A DNA stretch of 57,971 nt, the filler included, from Porpidia crustulata (Eukaryota): NCBI GenBank assembly GCA_964255105.1. It is 5 parts of 5 records of this genome, joined end to end, with 100 filler letters (N's around TTAATTAATTAA, not from the genome) between each part and the next. Parts side by side here need not be neighbours in the genome. Positions count along the whole stretch, not along the records: positions 11,626 to 23,144 come from CAXUWE010000646.1; positions 23,245 to 34,761 come from CAXUWE010000647.1; 3 more parts are not named here. One strand, given 5' to 3'. Of this stretch, positions 11,626 through 23,472 are shown piece after piece (position 1 is the stretch's first letter; each line of letters starts with the position of its first letter). Below the pieces are notes generated by a model. It made no database searches. It was given only the letters and a program-made list of their open reading frames with translations, and was not told the origin of the DNA. The position numbers were made by a program, and so were the translations under genes.

Positions 11626-12226
11626 GGCTTTTTCTTCTCGTATAGGGGAAACGCGGTTGTTTCCGGGACATCGGGGGTTTGTGGTTTACAGACTCGGATT
11701 TTTTTTGTTTTCCTCCGTGTCCTAACCGTGGAAGAAAGGTTTTGTGGATTCGCAATCATCATGATAATGCGAAAGGTTTTTCCCACCAGGGTGGGTCGGT
11801 CAATCAATCAATCCAATACAAGCTCCAGAACCCCCGTTGGGCAAGTGTATGTAAGAGTAGAATCAAGCTCACATTGAAAATGTCTCTTAAAGCATAGAAA
11901 ATATCTTCAGAAACACCTCGATTCAACTAGAAAAACCGCGCCATTCCAATGGGGACCCAAAGAATATGCAAACGCCATGAGGATGATGGTTTTCTAATTT
12001 TCCCGAAAAAAAAAAGATTCTAATCTGGTCGTACACGGCCCGCTCCCTTCTAAAGTTTCCCAAAAGAGCCCCCCCACGAGCATCTTCAGATCCGTCAATT
12101 CTGCCGTCACTACTAGGTTAAAAGAAAAAATCTCCATCTCAGGAAACCTGTTCGGAAAGACAAGCCTAGAGATCCTGCATCAGAGGCCGCACGCGATGTG
12201 CATGCGCCAACAATGAATGCCCAGCC

Positions 12227-15141
12227 TCATCCGGTAAAGATATACGCCTTTCAGCAGAGATCAGCACTCGCGCGTTCAGACAGGAACGACATCTCCAAAC
12301 AGACTGACCTTTTGCTTGACTCGCTTCCGACAAATCGGACAAGTGTGCAGGCCCGCCGGCCTTGTTCTGTCCGCTTTGTGGCTCGGTACCGTCTGCTCCG
12401 CGCACCACTTGCACATCACGCAGTGCCCTAGAAATGAGATTCGTCAGTACCCCCCATAGGACTCCAAAAATCAGGTGCAGCAGCAACTGCTTACCACAAG
12501 GCAGTACCGCCACACTGGCCAGCTGGCTGAAACAGATCTTGCATTCCATGTTGACCATCATGTCCGCTTCCGACCGTGGCTCGGGCCTTCCGTCATTCCT
12601 ATCCAAGCCTCTGGGGCCTTGTTCTTCAGAGGCTTCATCATGGCCCGCTGCGGTTCCGGCTTGTCGGCGTGCCCGGAGGCTTGCGATTGATTGCTCCACG
12701 GCTGCGGATGGCCGGGCTGGGTACGTATGAGGAAGAGAGATAATGGATCCTGCGACGGCGTTACGGCGACGACGGATACGATCTACCAGGTTTGAGGTAT
12801 CGCCAGAGTCGGAGGTACTATCCCCACTTCGAGTATCGCGGGTGGTACGGTGATACCTAGATGATTCCAATCCAGTTACGCGTTGATCATGCTCAAAAGC
12901 GCCTGAGGTGGTAGGGTTGCTGTCTAGTAAACCCGGTAGAGTTGATGGCATTGGTGTGTAAATGCGTGGTGCAGGGTCTCCAACGATTCGACGCTGGGCT
13001 TGAGACGCTGCGATTTGCATGCGCTGCGCATCTGGAGCAATAGTGGAGAAATTTGGCGGGGCATTGGGAACGGGACGATGATGAGGGCTACCAAAATTAG
13101 TGTACGTGGTGGGGTGGTAAATACCGCCAATATGCTGTGGGAGAGAAGGAGTGAAATGATTAGCTGTGGAGGTATTGGTTGTGCTGGGATTGATCGTCGG
13201 CGCAACACCAGGATGCCCATCATTGTATCCATGGAAAGCCGGAGACCGAGTCCATTCCATAGGGTTTGTATCCTGAGCAACTTCTTCTGCCATTTGACGC
13301 TCCCTCCAGCTATTAAAATCCTCTGTAAAGTGCGACTGTTGGTAATTTGCTGGCCAAGACAAGTCTGGACGCCGAGCTTGCGCTGCAGTGTTTGCTTGAG
13401 GGCCAAGCTGTTGAGATGGATTGTTAAATAGCGGTGGACGCTGATCGTGCAGTACAGTTGCGTCCTGAGCCAAATGCTGGGGTAATCCAGAGGACGACCC
13501 TTGAGTCTGACGATGCCCAGCGGACCTTATATTCTGCGGCAAAGTTGTTGGCGGTGGCGTATACGCATGGACAGCAGGTCTGAAGGTAGGTACAGTAGGC
13601 GTGTATGACGGCGTTGTCGTTCCTTGGCTAGAATTGTGCATAATAGGATTCGCGCTTTGAGACAAGCTCGGTAACGTTGGACTCGACCAGCTCGATACAC
13701 TGGGTCGGTAAGAGTTCGCCGTTCCACTTGGATTCCTACTATGCGCAGTAGAAGCTGTACTCTGAGGAATGCTCAATGGTGATATGCTAGTTGAGGGCGA
13801 AACATGTCCTGGCGACCGATCTATTTGCCTAGCCTCTGCCACAACCCTATGCCTTCTCCCTACTTGTTGAGATCTCCGCTGCACCCTGTTATTGATGTGC
13901 GCCTGGTCTCCAGGTCTCTGTGTGATCTCTTCTTCACGTGCTGCCTCCGCAGCTCTGTAGCGAGCGTACGCACGCGTGAACAGGCCCCCGACCGGGCTTT
14001 CGTAGTTATCGCCTTGCCTCTCGACCTCTTCAGGGGTACCGAATACCCGAGCAACCGTTTCATGCCTATTCTCCGAGCGTGAAAGTGTTCGCCGAGCACG
14101 GGTTGCTGCTTGCACCTCGGAATCAAGGCGCTGAAATGCTAGAGCTGCGTTGTCTCGCTGGGCTCTTGCTATCGCTTCACGGCCATGTGCAGTCTCGATG
14201 GCCTCTCCAATATTTTCTGACTCTATTTGGCTGCTTTGTCGATCTAAAGAAGCAGTAGTAACCCTGTGATGAGTATTTGGAGGACCTCGCGGAGTGATTG
14301 CGCTATTCTGGGTATTCGGTCGTGGGGGACTGATTCTGGTTTGCTGTAGCCCATCAAGTTGATTGTTGATCTCTTCTATCCGATTGCCAAGGACACCTGC
14401 GAAGTCAACAGCCTCTCGTGGGTTTTCAGCTGTGTCTCCAAGCTCCTGCAGACCTGACATGACTTGCTCGATATCCGTACGTATACGCTGTAGCTCTTCT
14501 CGAAGGGAAATGACGGTAGCAAAGGACACCCAAATCGATCTTTCTTGATGAGGCAAGTCTAGTGTACTTAACGAGGAACCAACAAAATCTGTACCCGTAG
14601 ACCCACGATTCGGGCTTAGTTGTGCTGGTTCAGCGATATCATGATTTTCCAACGTGTCGGAATACTGAGTGTTATCGCGACTTGGAGAGTCGTTGCTTTG
14701 AGATGACGAATGAGAGCTGCGATCTGCATTCAATTCATCTGTAGTCCTTGGAAGGAAACCAGGTGGCACTTGGTCAAGTCTTTCACCTATCAGGCCACGC
14801 AATTCTTGATTTCCATATTCGTCGGTCACGTAGGTATAGCCTCGGTGCCACTCGAACCACTTCTCAATAAATGCGGTTTGGTCCGGTAGGCTAGGTATTT
14901 GAGCGTCAGATGGTCTTGCTAGATGTGATGCCACAATCCTCGCAGTCCAGAAGTCTGTTTTTAAATTTAATACTCTACTTTATACTGTAGGAAACAATTC
15001 CTTGGCCTTACCTGCACAATATGAACAATAATTTTGATGTCTGGAGCCTTGTGATACGAAGCCTATGCCGTCAATATATTTTGAATAAGTTAAAGAATGT
15101 GGCCTCTTGTCTGAGCATGCACAACATTGAGGTGAGCTCAT
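12227..15141 (-). CDS. Protein with C-terminal C3HC4 RING finger (putative E3 ligase) and N-terminal Cys motif; 4 exons
   Basis: Exon 1 (15141-15012, MSSPQCCAC..YCSYCA) splices to 14954. C-terminus reads CKICFSQLASVAVLPCG|HCVMCKWC..CPICRKRVKQK|AYIFTG*. Confidence 0.82.
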
Positions 15142-15688
15142 ACGACACGAGGTTGGTAATTTATGAAGACAATGTTGAGGCAGACGAGGGGTACGGGCGG
15201 TCAGAGTATTCATGGTTGAATTCTTAAAGTGCAGGAGCCTTGGAGAAAGGACTTGAAATTCAACTGGATGTGAACATCGAATAGGGATTATTCGCATTGC
15301 ATATGAAGTATTCACAGCTTTGAGCAATTAGAACACTCTGACCCATCGTAAAGCACAAGATGTTCGATATTCTGTGACTTATCAGGTCTAATGGTCTATG
15401 ATAATAAGGATGAGGTGCTTATAGAAGTCGAAACAGATGGAGAGCATGCCTCTGGTGTATCTATGTCAGCGTACCTTGGGTATCGTACCTCAAGTACCTT
15501 GCATCTTTATCTCCGGTCCAGTCCGCGGGGTCCGCTGCAGGGATCTTGTCGATCTCCCTCAGGACGTCATGCTGATGCAACATCTGCAAGTCGGATTCGA
15601 AGTATCAAACCGTAAGTTACCTTAATTACCTTATCACGGAGTTGGAAAAATCACTCACATACCATTACAATTCTGTGACCACATATTC

Positions 15689-16647
15689 ATGCTTTCAAGA
15701 TCACGGCTGATCGCTAAACACATCACATGCACAGTTAAAACCTTTCATTTAACAACATCAGTGGCTGCAATGTCAAGCTTCATCCTTCCCAATAGCAACC
15801 CCGAATGTCAAGTTCAGCTTACTTCTGATCTCTCCAAAGAGCAGCTTCTGAATTTTCCTGCTTTCAGGACCTGGACAACGACTCTCCAGCACTCTCTTTC
15901 CACTCAAGAAAGCAAGTCGCATGTGTTCTACGATGCCCCATACAAATTGCGCAAGATTGAGGTACAGAGTGTCGATTTCTTTGGCGGGGGGCGTGTGGGG
16001 TTCGTCAAATTGAAAGCAGAGGTATCGAATGATAACGGAGAAAAGCTTCCGGGCTCCGTGTTTCTTCGCGGTGGTTCTGTCGGGATATTGGTATGTATGT
16101 TGTGGGCTATCGGTCTTTAGGCTTATAATATGTACAGTTGATCCTTCAGCCTGATGATGTGCCTCTGAGTACCGAAAAAGACAAGCATGTGATTCTGACA
16201 TTGCAGCCTCGTATTCCAAGCGGCTCCTTGTCGCTGGCCGAGTTACCAGCTGGCATGTTGGACAACTCGGGCACATTCTCTGGCGGCGCGGCGAAGGAAA
16301 TTGAGGAAGAGACAGGGCTCAAGATACCTGCTGAAGATCTGATTGATCTTACTAAGCTAGCATTGTCAGAACCTTCCTCAGATGAAGAAGGATATCTTCA
16401 GCAGGGTGTATACCCAAGCCCTGGAGGGTGCGATGAATTTATTCCTCTCTTCCTTTACCAAAAGCGAATCCCTCGAGAGCAATTAAAGGACTGGTCAGGG
16501 AAGTTGACAGGGCTCAGAGAACACGGTGAAAAGATCACACTAAAGCTTTGTCCACTGGAGAAATTATGGAGAGACGGCGGCAGAGATGCAAAGGCTCTGG
16601 CTGCTTTGGCACTTTATACAGGATTAAGAAGCGAAGGAAAAATCTAA
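15689..16647 (+). CDS. Nudix hydrolase (ADP-sugar pyrophosphatase / NUDX14-like); one intron 16092-16137
   Basis: VDFFGGGRVGFVKLKA, LPGSVFLRGGSV, Nudix box ELPAGMLD..GGAAKEIEEETGL, PSPGGCDE. Confidence 0.9.
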
Positions 16648-16917
16648 GAGCCAATCAAGCACAAGCGTATTACCACATATTAATCCCAAATTCTTCGAAT
16701 AGACATTTGACGTAGTAGCGCGTTTGAAACGGAGGTAGCGCATTATCAATCTTATCAGATGGTGGATCTCTTGCATCTACGCGAGGTACGCACTTACTCT
16801 AGCACCTACCTAGGCACCTAGGTAAAGACCCCGCGCGGGCACGAGCCAGCTCTGCTGTCGCTTTGTACACCAAGCACCAACCATTGTACTTACACTCTCT
16901 GAGGTCAAGCTTTGATC

Positions 16918-17862
16918 ATGACAGGCTCAGATCCCAAGGCATCGGATGCTAAGGTCATAAGGACCGAGCCATTGGTCTTCCGCCCCAGCCCAGACCCCGA
17001 TTGCCCGCAGTTAATGAATTGCAGATGAGTAGAGATGCCCGCTGGACAAAGCTTGTGTCGTATGCTCGATGCTTCAACGGTTTTGTCTATGCAAACAATA
17101 TGCTTACACGGTACCAGGATCACCTACAATGATCCACTAGGTAGAGAGCGAAAATGGGAGTCCGCCGAGCGCTCAGTAAGCCCCACCCTGAATGCCATTC
17201 AGTGGCCATTTGCCAAGATCAAATAAGTGTAGTGCTGAAAGCATATTACGCAGACCCGCCCAAAGAATTCTCCAGTCGATGGCGTGGGAATTGTCGCGAT
17301 CCTTCAGAAATCGTCCGGGCCTGAGCTTCTTCTCCAGAAGCAATTCCGTCCTCCGATCAACAAGGTCACAATTGAAGTACCTGCAGGACTAGTCGATGAG
17401 GGGGAGACCGCAGCAGAGAGCGCGGTAAGGGAGCTGAGAGAAGAGACGGGGTATCATGGAACTGTGGCGGAAGTGAGCCCTATCATGTTCAATGGTAAGG
17501 GTGTCTTTCCTTTCGACGGATAGAGTCGTGGGGTAATCGGGACTGCGCTGCTGTATCATCCTCTCGTGCCGAGGAGTACATTTGCGGTGCTACAAACAAT
17601 ACTGATTGAAGCTTGGGATCCAGATCCTGGCTTCTGCAATACAAACCTTAATATGGTCCATGTCAATGTCGATATGAACCTTCCCGAGAACCAGACTTTG
17701 AAGCCTGAGCTAGAAGAGAACGAGTTTATTGAGTGCTTCTCAACACCTCTGAAGAACCTGTACTCTGATTGCAAGCGGCTCGAGGCCGAGGGATATGCGA
17801 TTGATGCCAGAGTAGGGACTTTGGCCGAGGGTATCGAAGTCGGTAGGAGATGGAAGCTCTAG
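16918..17862 (+). CDS. YSA1: ADP-ribose pyrophosphatase (Nudix; Ysa1/NUDT5-like), 5 exons
   Basis: TYNDPLGRERKWESAER, QFRPPINKVTIEVPAGLVDEGETAAESAVRELREETGY, DPGFCNTN, GYAIDARV. Confidence 0.88.
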
Positions 17863-19354
17863 CTAGATCTCTTTGCGAGTACGGGACTTGTAAATAATGG
17901 GCGGCGTGCGCCAAGAAGTGCCAAGTAAAGACAGGAGAATGCCTCTCTTCGCGATGTCGGAGTAGAATACTGAAATCACAGTTGTCGGCATCCTCATCCT
18001 ACGAAGAGCGCCTTCCCGCAGAGAAACAATTCATGTAGATCAAATGCAGTGAGTCGAGAGGACAAAGACAGAGTTTCAACGCATGAGCTTTACTCGCATC
18101 CCGAGACAGATTTTGGATCGGTTAGAGTACACCTAACCGAGACCATTTGAGAATTGAGATTGGGTTCAGAACCATCAGCCATGCAACTCTCACTTTTTCG
18201 GATCTAGACTTGCCTAAACAGTTAGCGGCTTGCATTGTGAGTTTTTCGCTTTTCGTCGAAGGTTTGTGATTTGTAAAAATTTGACGGCGAACTTGGCGTG
18301 CAAAACTTTGATCCTCAATGGGCCAATGGAAGACATTCATTATTACCTACAGAGCTGGATGAGTAAGCTAGTAGCCCCCTTATACCCCTGAGTGCGCTAA
18401 AGCTGCAAGGCTAAGCCTGTTCCTGTACATCTTCCCGTACTGCTGCGGCCCCTTTTCCATTCAGCGTCATGTGCAATCCCCGGGGTTGGATAGACTCTGA
18501 CCGGGCTCCGACCTACCACATCAAGAGGCTCAGTTACGTGTCTCCGCATGCAACAGCAGACTGTCAGACACGCACCAAACAATGGATTTGATGCGGACAT
18601 CATGTTTCACCAGAGCCAGACAGCTGCACCGTTTCTCTTGCAGTTTGCAGCCTGCAGCGGCCGCACAACCCAAAATTAGCCCAAACTGCATCAAGCGCTA
18701 GCCCCACAAAGATGGCGTTGATGGTGCATCCCATTCCTACTTGCGACTAAACTCTCCGTAACCCGCCGTGGTAGGGGCCAGGATGCTGGATGATCGACGT
18801 GTGTCTGGGAGATGAAGCACTGCTTAATTGCCTAGCACGGCCACCCAGGGGCAAATCCTCTGATGCCTGGTGGGGTCTCTTTGCCGCTGGCCGGCTGGGC
18901 AGCTCGCCTTAGCACTTGACGCTGTCGACCATGGCGTTAATCTCATCCAGCCCGTCAAGCCCGTGCTCTAGCTCCCAGTTTCCGCAGCTCATCTTTGTTG
19001 TATCTCTCCGTCTGCATCGCTGTCGTTACTTGGTCTTTTGTCATTCACTTTTCACTGCTGTCTTACACACGGGGCTTAGCCTGCCATTCACTCCTTTCCA
19101 TTTAAATCTGGTGACTTCCAACATTTCGCTGCCTACTCGCTCACTAGATCGGTCTACTACTTCCTATACCTTACGAACGGATTCTCCGATCTACCGCAGA
19201 GCGAGGACGGCGAAAATTCATGTCGCGATAACGTGTATCTCAGATCATCATAGCTTTCATTACCTGGAGTGTTGCAAGCTACTCTGAAGGTGTTATAAGG
19301 AGCCGGAGAAACCTCGGTCGGTGGTCTACGTTTCATCGACAGTCAACACTCATA

Positions 19355-21163
19355 ATGGGGTGGTTTGGAAGCCTGGACTTGGCATATAAATATGCGTAAG
19401 AATCTACGTTGCCAACTCAGTATATGAACTAATTGATCAGGATCGTACTTGGCATACTCTTTTTCTCGGTATTCATGGCAGGTTTTGCCAAGGTTATCTA
19501 TAATAGAAGAAAGTAAGTCGCGATAGTGCCAATCCCGCAGTTCATGCGCTGATTTTCGATTTAGGTTGAAACAGCATACCAAGAACGCAGATCCCGAGGT
19601 TGCGGGATCAAATGAAGAAAGGGTTGAGCTCAATAAAAGAGAACCTGATGAAGGAGACTTATTCGGTGTACGAGCGATAGAGTCAGGATACTTTGGAGGG
19701 GTGGCGCAATCACGACCCTCATCAGCTGCTGGATCCACACTGGACGGATCCGGCACCCTTCTTGGTCATCCTTCACCCAAACTGGCTACAGCTTCGCCGA
19801 TGAGCAGTATGGTGTCGCTGTCTTTGGATCAACGGCAGTCTTCGCCATTGGCAAAGAACGCCATCTCGGCGAACGGAACCAGTATAAATAACAGAAAGCC
19901 AACTCCTCTGAAATCCACGCTACAACCATCAGAAGCGGAGATAAATGGCAGAATCAACCATGACCCAGCCATCAACATGACATTAGAATACCCACCATCG
20001 CCTCTTGCTGCTCCCACGCGGCCCTCGAGCAGCCACTCGGACATCAGCGTTCAACAACCGCTTTCACCATCGTTCCCTTTTCCTGATCCGCCACGCAATG
20101 AGTATAATAACCAAACAGAGCCTCCGCAGCCTGCAATACCGCAAAGTGTGAGGTCGTCCGCTCGAATGTCGACGATTCAGCATGCAGACCATGAGGTACA
20201 TTCGCAGTCTGCTTCCATCGTCAGCAAGTCAACGGACAGAGACAGTGGTGACCATGAGAGAAGTCGAACGATGAACCAAGAAATCACGGAGCTCCCTGCA
20301 CCTCCTACTAGGATAGCTCGCTTTGAAAGGCCCATGTCAAATGGGATAGTTCATCCACCGAGATCCAGCAGCATTCCCCGAGGTGCACCTGAACATATGA
20401 TTGATCGGGTACGACACGAGGATGGTAAGTGGACTTTTCTTCACTTGGCGATTCCAAAGTATTGGCCCTAACCGTTTTTCAAGTTCCAATGCCTAAGCCG
20501 CCTAGAATATCCGCTGTGGGCGATTGGGGCCCAGCCATATTTGAAGAAATCAACAACTCTTTACAGGATTCAAAGTCGATTGCAGTTCCTCTCGAAGCCG
20601 ACGAGCCCAGGAAAAAATCACATGCGAACCCTCATCTGTCAGACTCAAGTTCGATATATAGCGATGTACATGTAGCGTCACGGCGCACCAGTAAAATGAC
20701 GCCTAGTGACGGGAGGCCAATACCACAAGTGTTGGGGCCCGAGATTGCAGATGCCAATGGTAAGTTTGCTCCTGCAGGAGATGGAAGACGAAGAGGAAGC
20801 GATACTAGCAGCAACCAGCCATTGTCTCAGCCTCCGTCTAGAGATGGGTCTAGGGCCGGCAGTGGTACAAACAGTCATCGCCATACGAAAGAAATAGGGG
20901 ATTTCTATGACTCGTATTGGCGGCAAAGCCGAGATGTTCCTGGCGCTGGAAATTCGCGGCAGAGCAGGGAGAACTCGCAGTTTCCTGGGCACTCGGACGA
21001 GATGGGCCGATCAGTCACGTATGGTCCTGTCAATGGCAGAGGCGAGATGGGCAAAGAGCGAAGACCTGGGCAACTAGAAGTTAAAGTGGCTACTATTGCT
21101 GAGGTGCCTACACCATTGACCAGCCCGATGCGAAGTCCGATGTCCATCGGCAAGGCTTTGTAA
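19355..21163 (+). CDS. Uncharacterised protein with a single N-terminal TM helix and long disordered tail; 4 exons
   Basis: Two short exons (MGWFGSLDLAYKYA|IVLGILFFSVFMAGFAKVIYNRR) with canonical GTAAG..AG introns lead into ORFs 19566-20471 and 20429-21163; motif EGDLFGVRAIESGYFGGVAQS. Confidence 0.75.
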
Positions 21164-21884
21164 ATACACACTTGATCTCCTTTTGGGCTGGGAGGCGGTA
21201 TTCTGCCGGACATGGGATACGCATGGAATTGGTCTCACTTAGCGGGTGTTTGCATTGGGGTGGCCTATTTGTTGACATGACCTGGGAACGGGGTTGAGCA
21301 GTGCAGCAGATGCATGGCTGCGACATATTTTCTCCTAACAGAGACATAGAGTTATAGAATAATGCGACAGAACATTATCATCACCGCTTCATCCATAGCA
21401 TCAATCAAGCACGGGCATGCCTGGTGTCCGGCAGCACAGTTCGATAATTTTCCAGATGGGTCAACTTAAGGTACGCTGCATGAGTGGGGTATCATGCAGC
21501 CATTCTTACTCGAAGTGAATAATCCCTTACATTTTGAGCATTTATGGCGTGTGGCGTGAGGCTTGGATGGTGTTGACGGATTCCCTTTTCAGCTGAATCG
21601 AAACGGGCCTGGACTGGCGATATGGTTGGTTAGCCCGGCTCGCTAATCGTAGATACGTCATGTGACATGCGTTGGACCAAGATAGCTATGTATAGCGTCA
21701 TTCGTTCCTGGGATCCCAATTAATATCGCTGTCAGTCACCGTTCGACGCTTACCATACCATCTCAAGGAACACAAAACTATGCTTAACCTTTGATTACCA
21801 CACACCTTCGTTACCCTCTCCACACATTACCGTATTCTCTTCAGTGTGCAGGAATTTTGTTACACGTAATTGGCACTCAAAGAA

Positions 21885-23082
21885 ATGCCCCTCATACTTG
21901 ATGATTCGCCTCCTAATTCGCCCAACGCCCAATCGAATATCGCAGAGACCCCGAATCCGTCAGCACTCCGTCGTCAACTCCACCGCGAATCTGACGTGGT
22001 AATTGTTGGTGCTGGCATATTTGGCTGCGCTTTAGCCATAACACTTGCCCGTCAAGGTCGTTCTGTGTTTCTACTGGAAAAATCGCTGAAAGAGCCTGAT
22101 CGTATTGTTGGCGAGCTACTCCAACCAGGCGGTGTAGCAGCCCTTGAAAAGCTGGGGATACGAGAGTGCTTGAAAGAAATCGATGCGATAGTGGTCAAAG
22201 GCTACGAGGTCATTTACTACAGCGAAGAGGTGAAAATACCATATCCGGCCAATATCGTTCAGGCGAATACAAGACCTGAAGGACGGAGTTTCCATCATGG
22301 CAGGTTCATACGACGTTTGCGGGAGGTGGCAATGCGTGAGCCCAACATAAGCGTCGTGGAAGCGGCTGTCACAGGTACCATCACGAACGGTTGGACAGGC
22401 CAAGTACTTGGCGTAGACGCCTTGACTAAGGGAGAGAAATCTGTATACTTTGGACAATTGACCGTTGGTGCGGATGGGTATGCGAGTCGTTTGAGAAAGG
22501 AATATATCACACATGCGCCAGTCAGCAAATCCAAGTTTTACGGCCTCGAGCTCATCGATGCCGACCTCCCGCTCCCATTAAATGGTCACGTAGTACTGGG
22601 AGATGTCGCTCAAGTTCTCCTATATCAAATTGGTACACGTGAAACCCGTATCCTAATAGATGTCCCCGAAGGCCTCCCAAGCGCCAGCACGCAAAATGGC
22701 GGGATCAAAGGCCACCTCCGCAACGTCATTCTCCCGAGCCTCCCCAAATCCGTCCGAAGCTCCTTCGAAATCGCCCTCGACAAAGGCAAGCTCCGCAGCA
22801 TGCCCAATTCCTTCCTACCGCCCAGCACCAACAAAACACCTGGCATGGTGATGCTCGGCGATGCGATGAACATGCGACATCCCCTGACTGGCGGCGGCAT
22901 GACGGTCGCCTTCAACGATGTGGTGCTGCTGAGGGATCTGCTGAGTCCGGAAAACGTACCGGATCTGGGGGACACGAAACTGGTGATCCAGCAGATGAAG
23001 AAGTTTCATTGGCAGCGAAAGGGACTGACGAGTGTGATCAACATCCTAGCTCAAGCCCTCTACGAGCTCTTCGCCGCCAACG
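21885..23082 (+). CDS. ERG1: Squalene epoxidase, 3' end lost at contig break
   Basis: FAD motif IVGAGIFG, EPDRIVGELLQPGG, GRSFHHGRF, LGDAMNMRHPLTGGGMTVA, INILAQALY; GTACGT donor follows just before the gap. Confidence 0.96.
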
Positions 23083-23144
23083 GTACGTCCCCCAACCCCG
23101 ATCCCGACCTACAAAAAAAACAAAAAGAACCAAACCCCCCACAC

Positions 23145-23244
23145 NNNNNNNNNNNNNNNNNNNNNNNNNNNNNNNNNNNNNNNNNNNNTTAATTAATTAA
23201 NNNNNNNNNNNNNNNNNNNNNNNNNNNNNNNNNNNNNNNNNNNN
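23145..23244. other. Artificial contig linker N44-TTAATTAATTAA-N44
   Basis: Same spacer as at 11526. Confidence 0.98.
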
Positions 23245-23472
23245 GTCCTCAGCCGTAGCTTGGAGCGCACCAGGACCGCGGTGCCGGATGTGTGCAGCCA
23301 GTGCTTCAACCGGTATTGCTGGAACGGCACGCTGAACAGCGCTAACCCGCCGCCTTATCAGCCGGGTTACGCGCTGAATTTGACGGTGAAGGCGGTGGCG
23401 TCGGGGCTAGGGGGGAGTAGATATCTGGTGGGGACGGCTGCGATCATTGCCGCAGTGGTTTTGGTATTGTGA
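23245..23472 (+). CDS. C-terminal fragment of lysophospholipase/phospholipase B with GPI-anchor signal
   Basis: VLSRSLERT..VPDVCSQCFNRYCWNGT is the typical fungal PLB C-terminal motif, followed by a hydrophobic tail. Confidence 0.8.
   Translation, partial: VLSRSLERTRTAVPDVCSQCFNRYCWNGTLNSANPPPYQPGYALNLTVKAVASGLGGSRYLVGTAAIIAAVVLVL

Noticed and set aside
16807..16824. Inverted repeat TACCTAGG-CA-CCTAGGTA between the Nudix genes
   Set aside because: Short, and TACCT/AGGTA-type words are common in fungal intergenic DNA; no independent support
21885..23472. ERG1 next to phospholipase B as a lipid gene cluster or fusion
   Set aside because: Separated by an artificial contig linker; adjacency is unsupported
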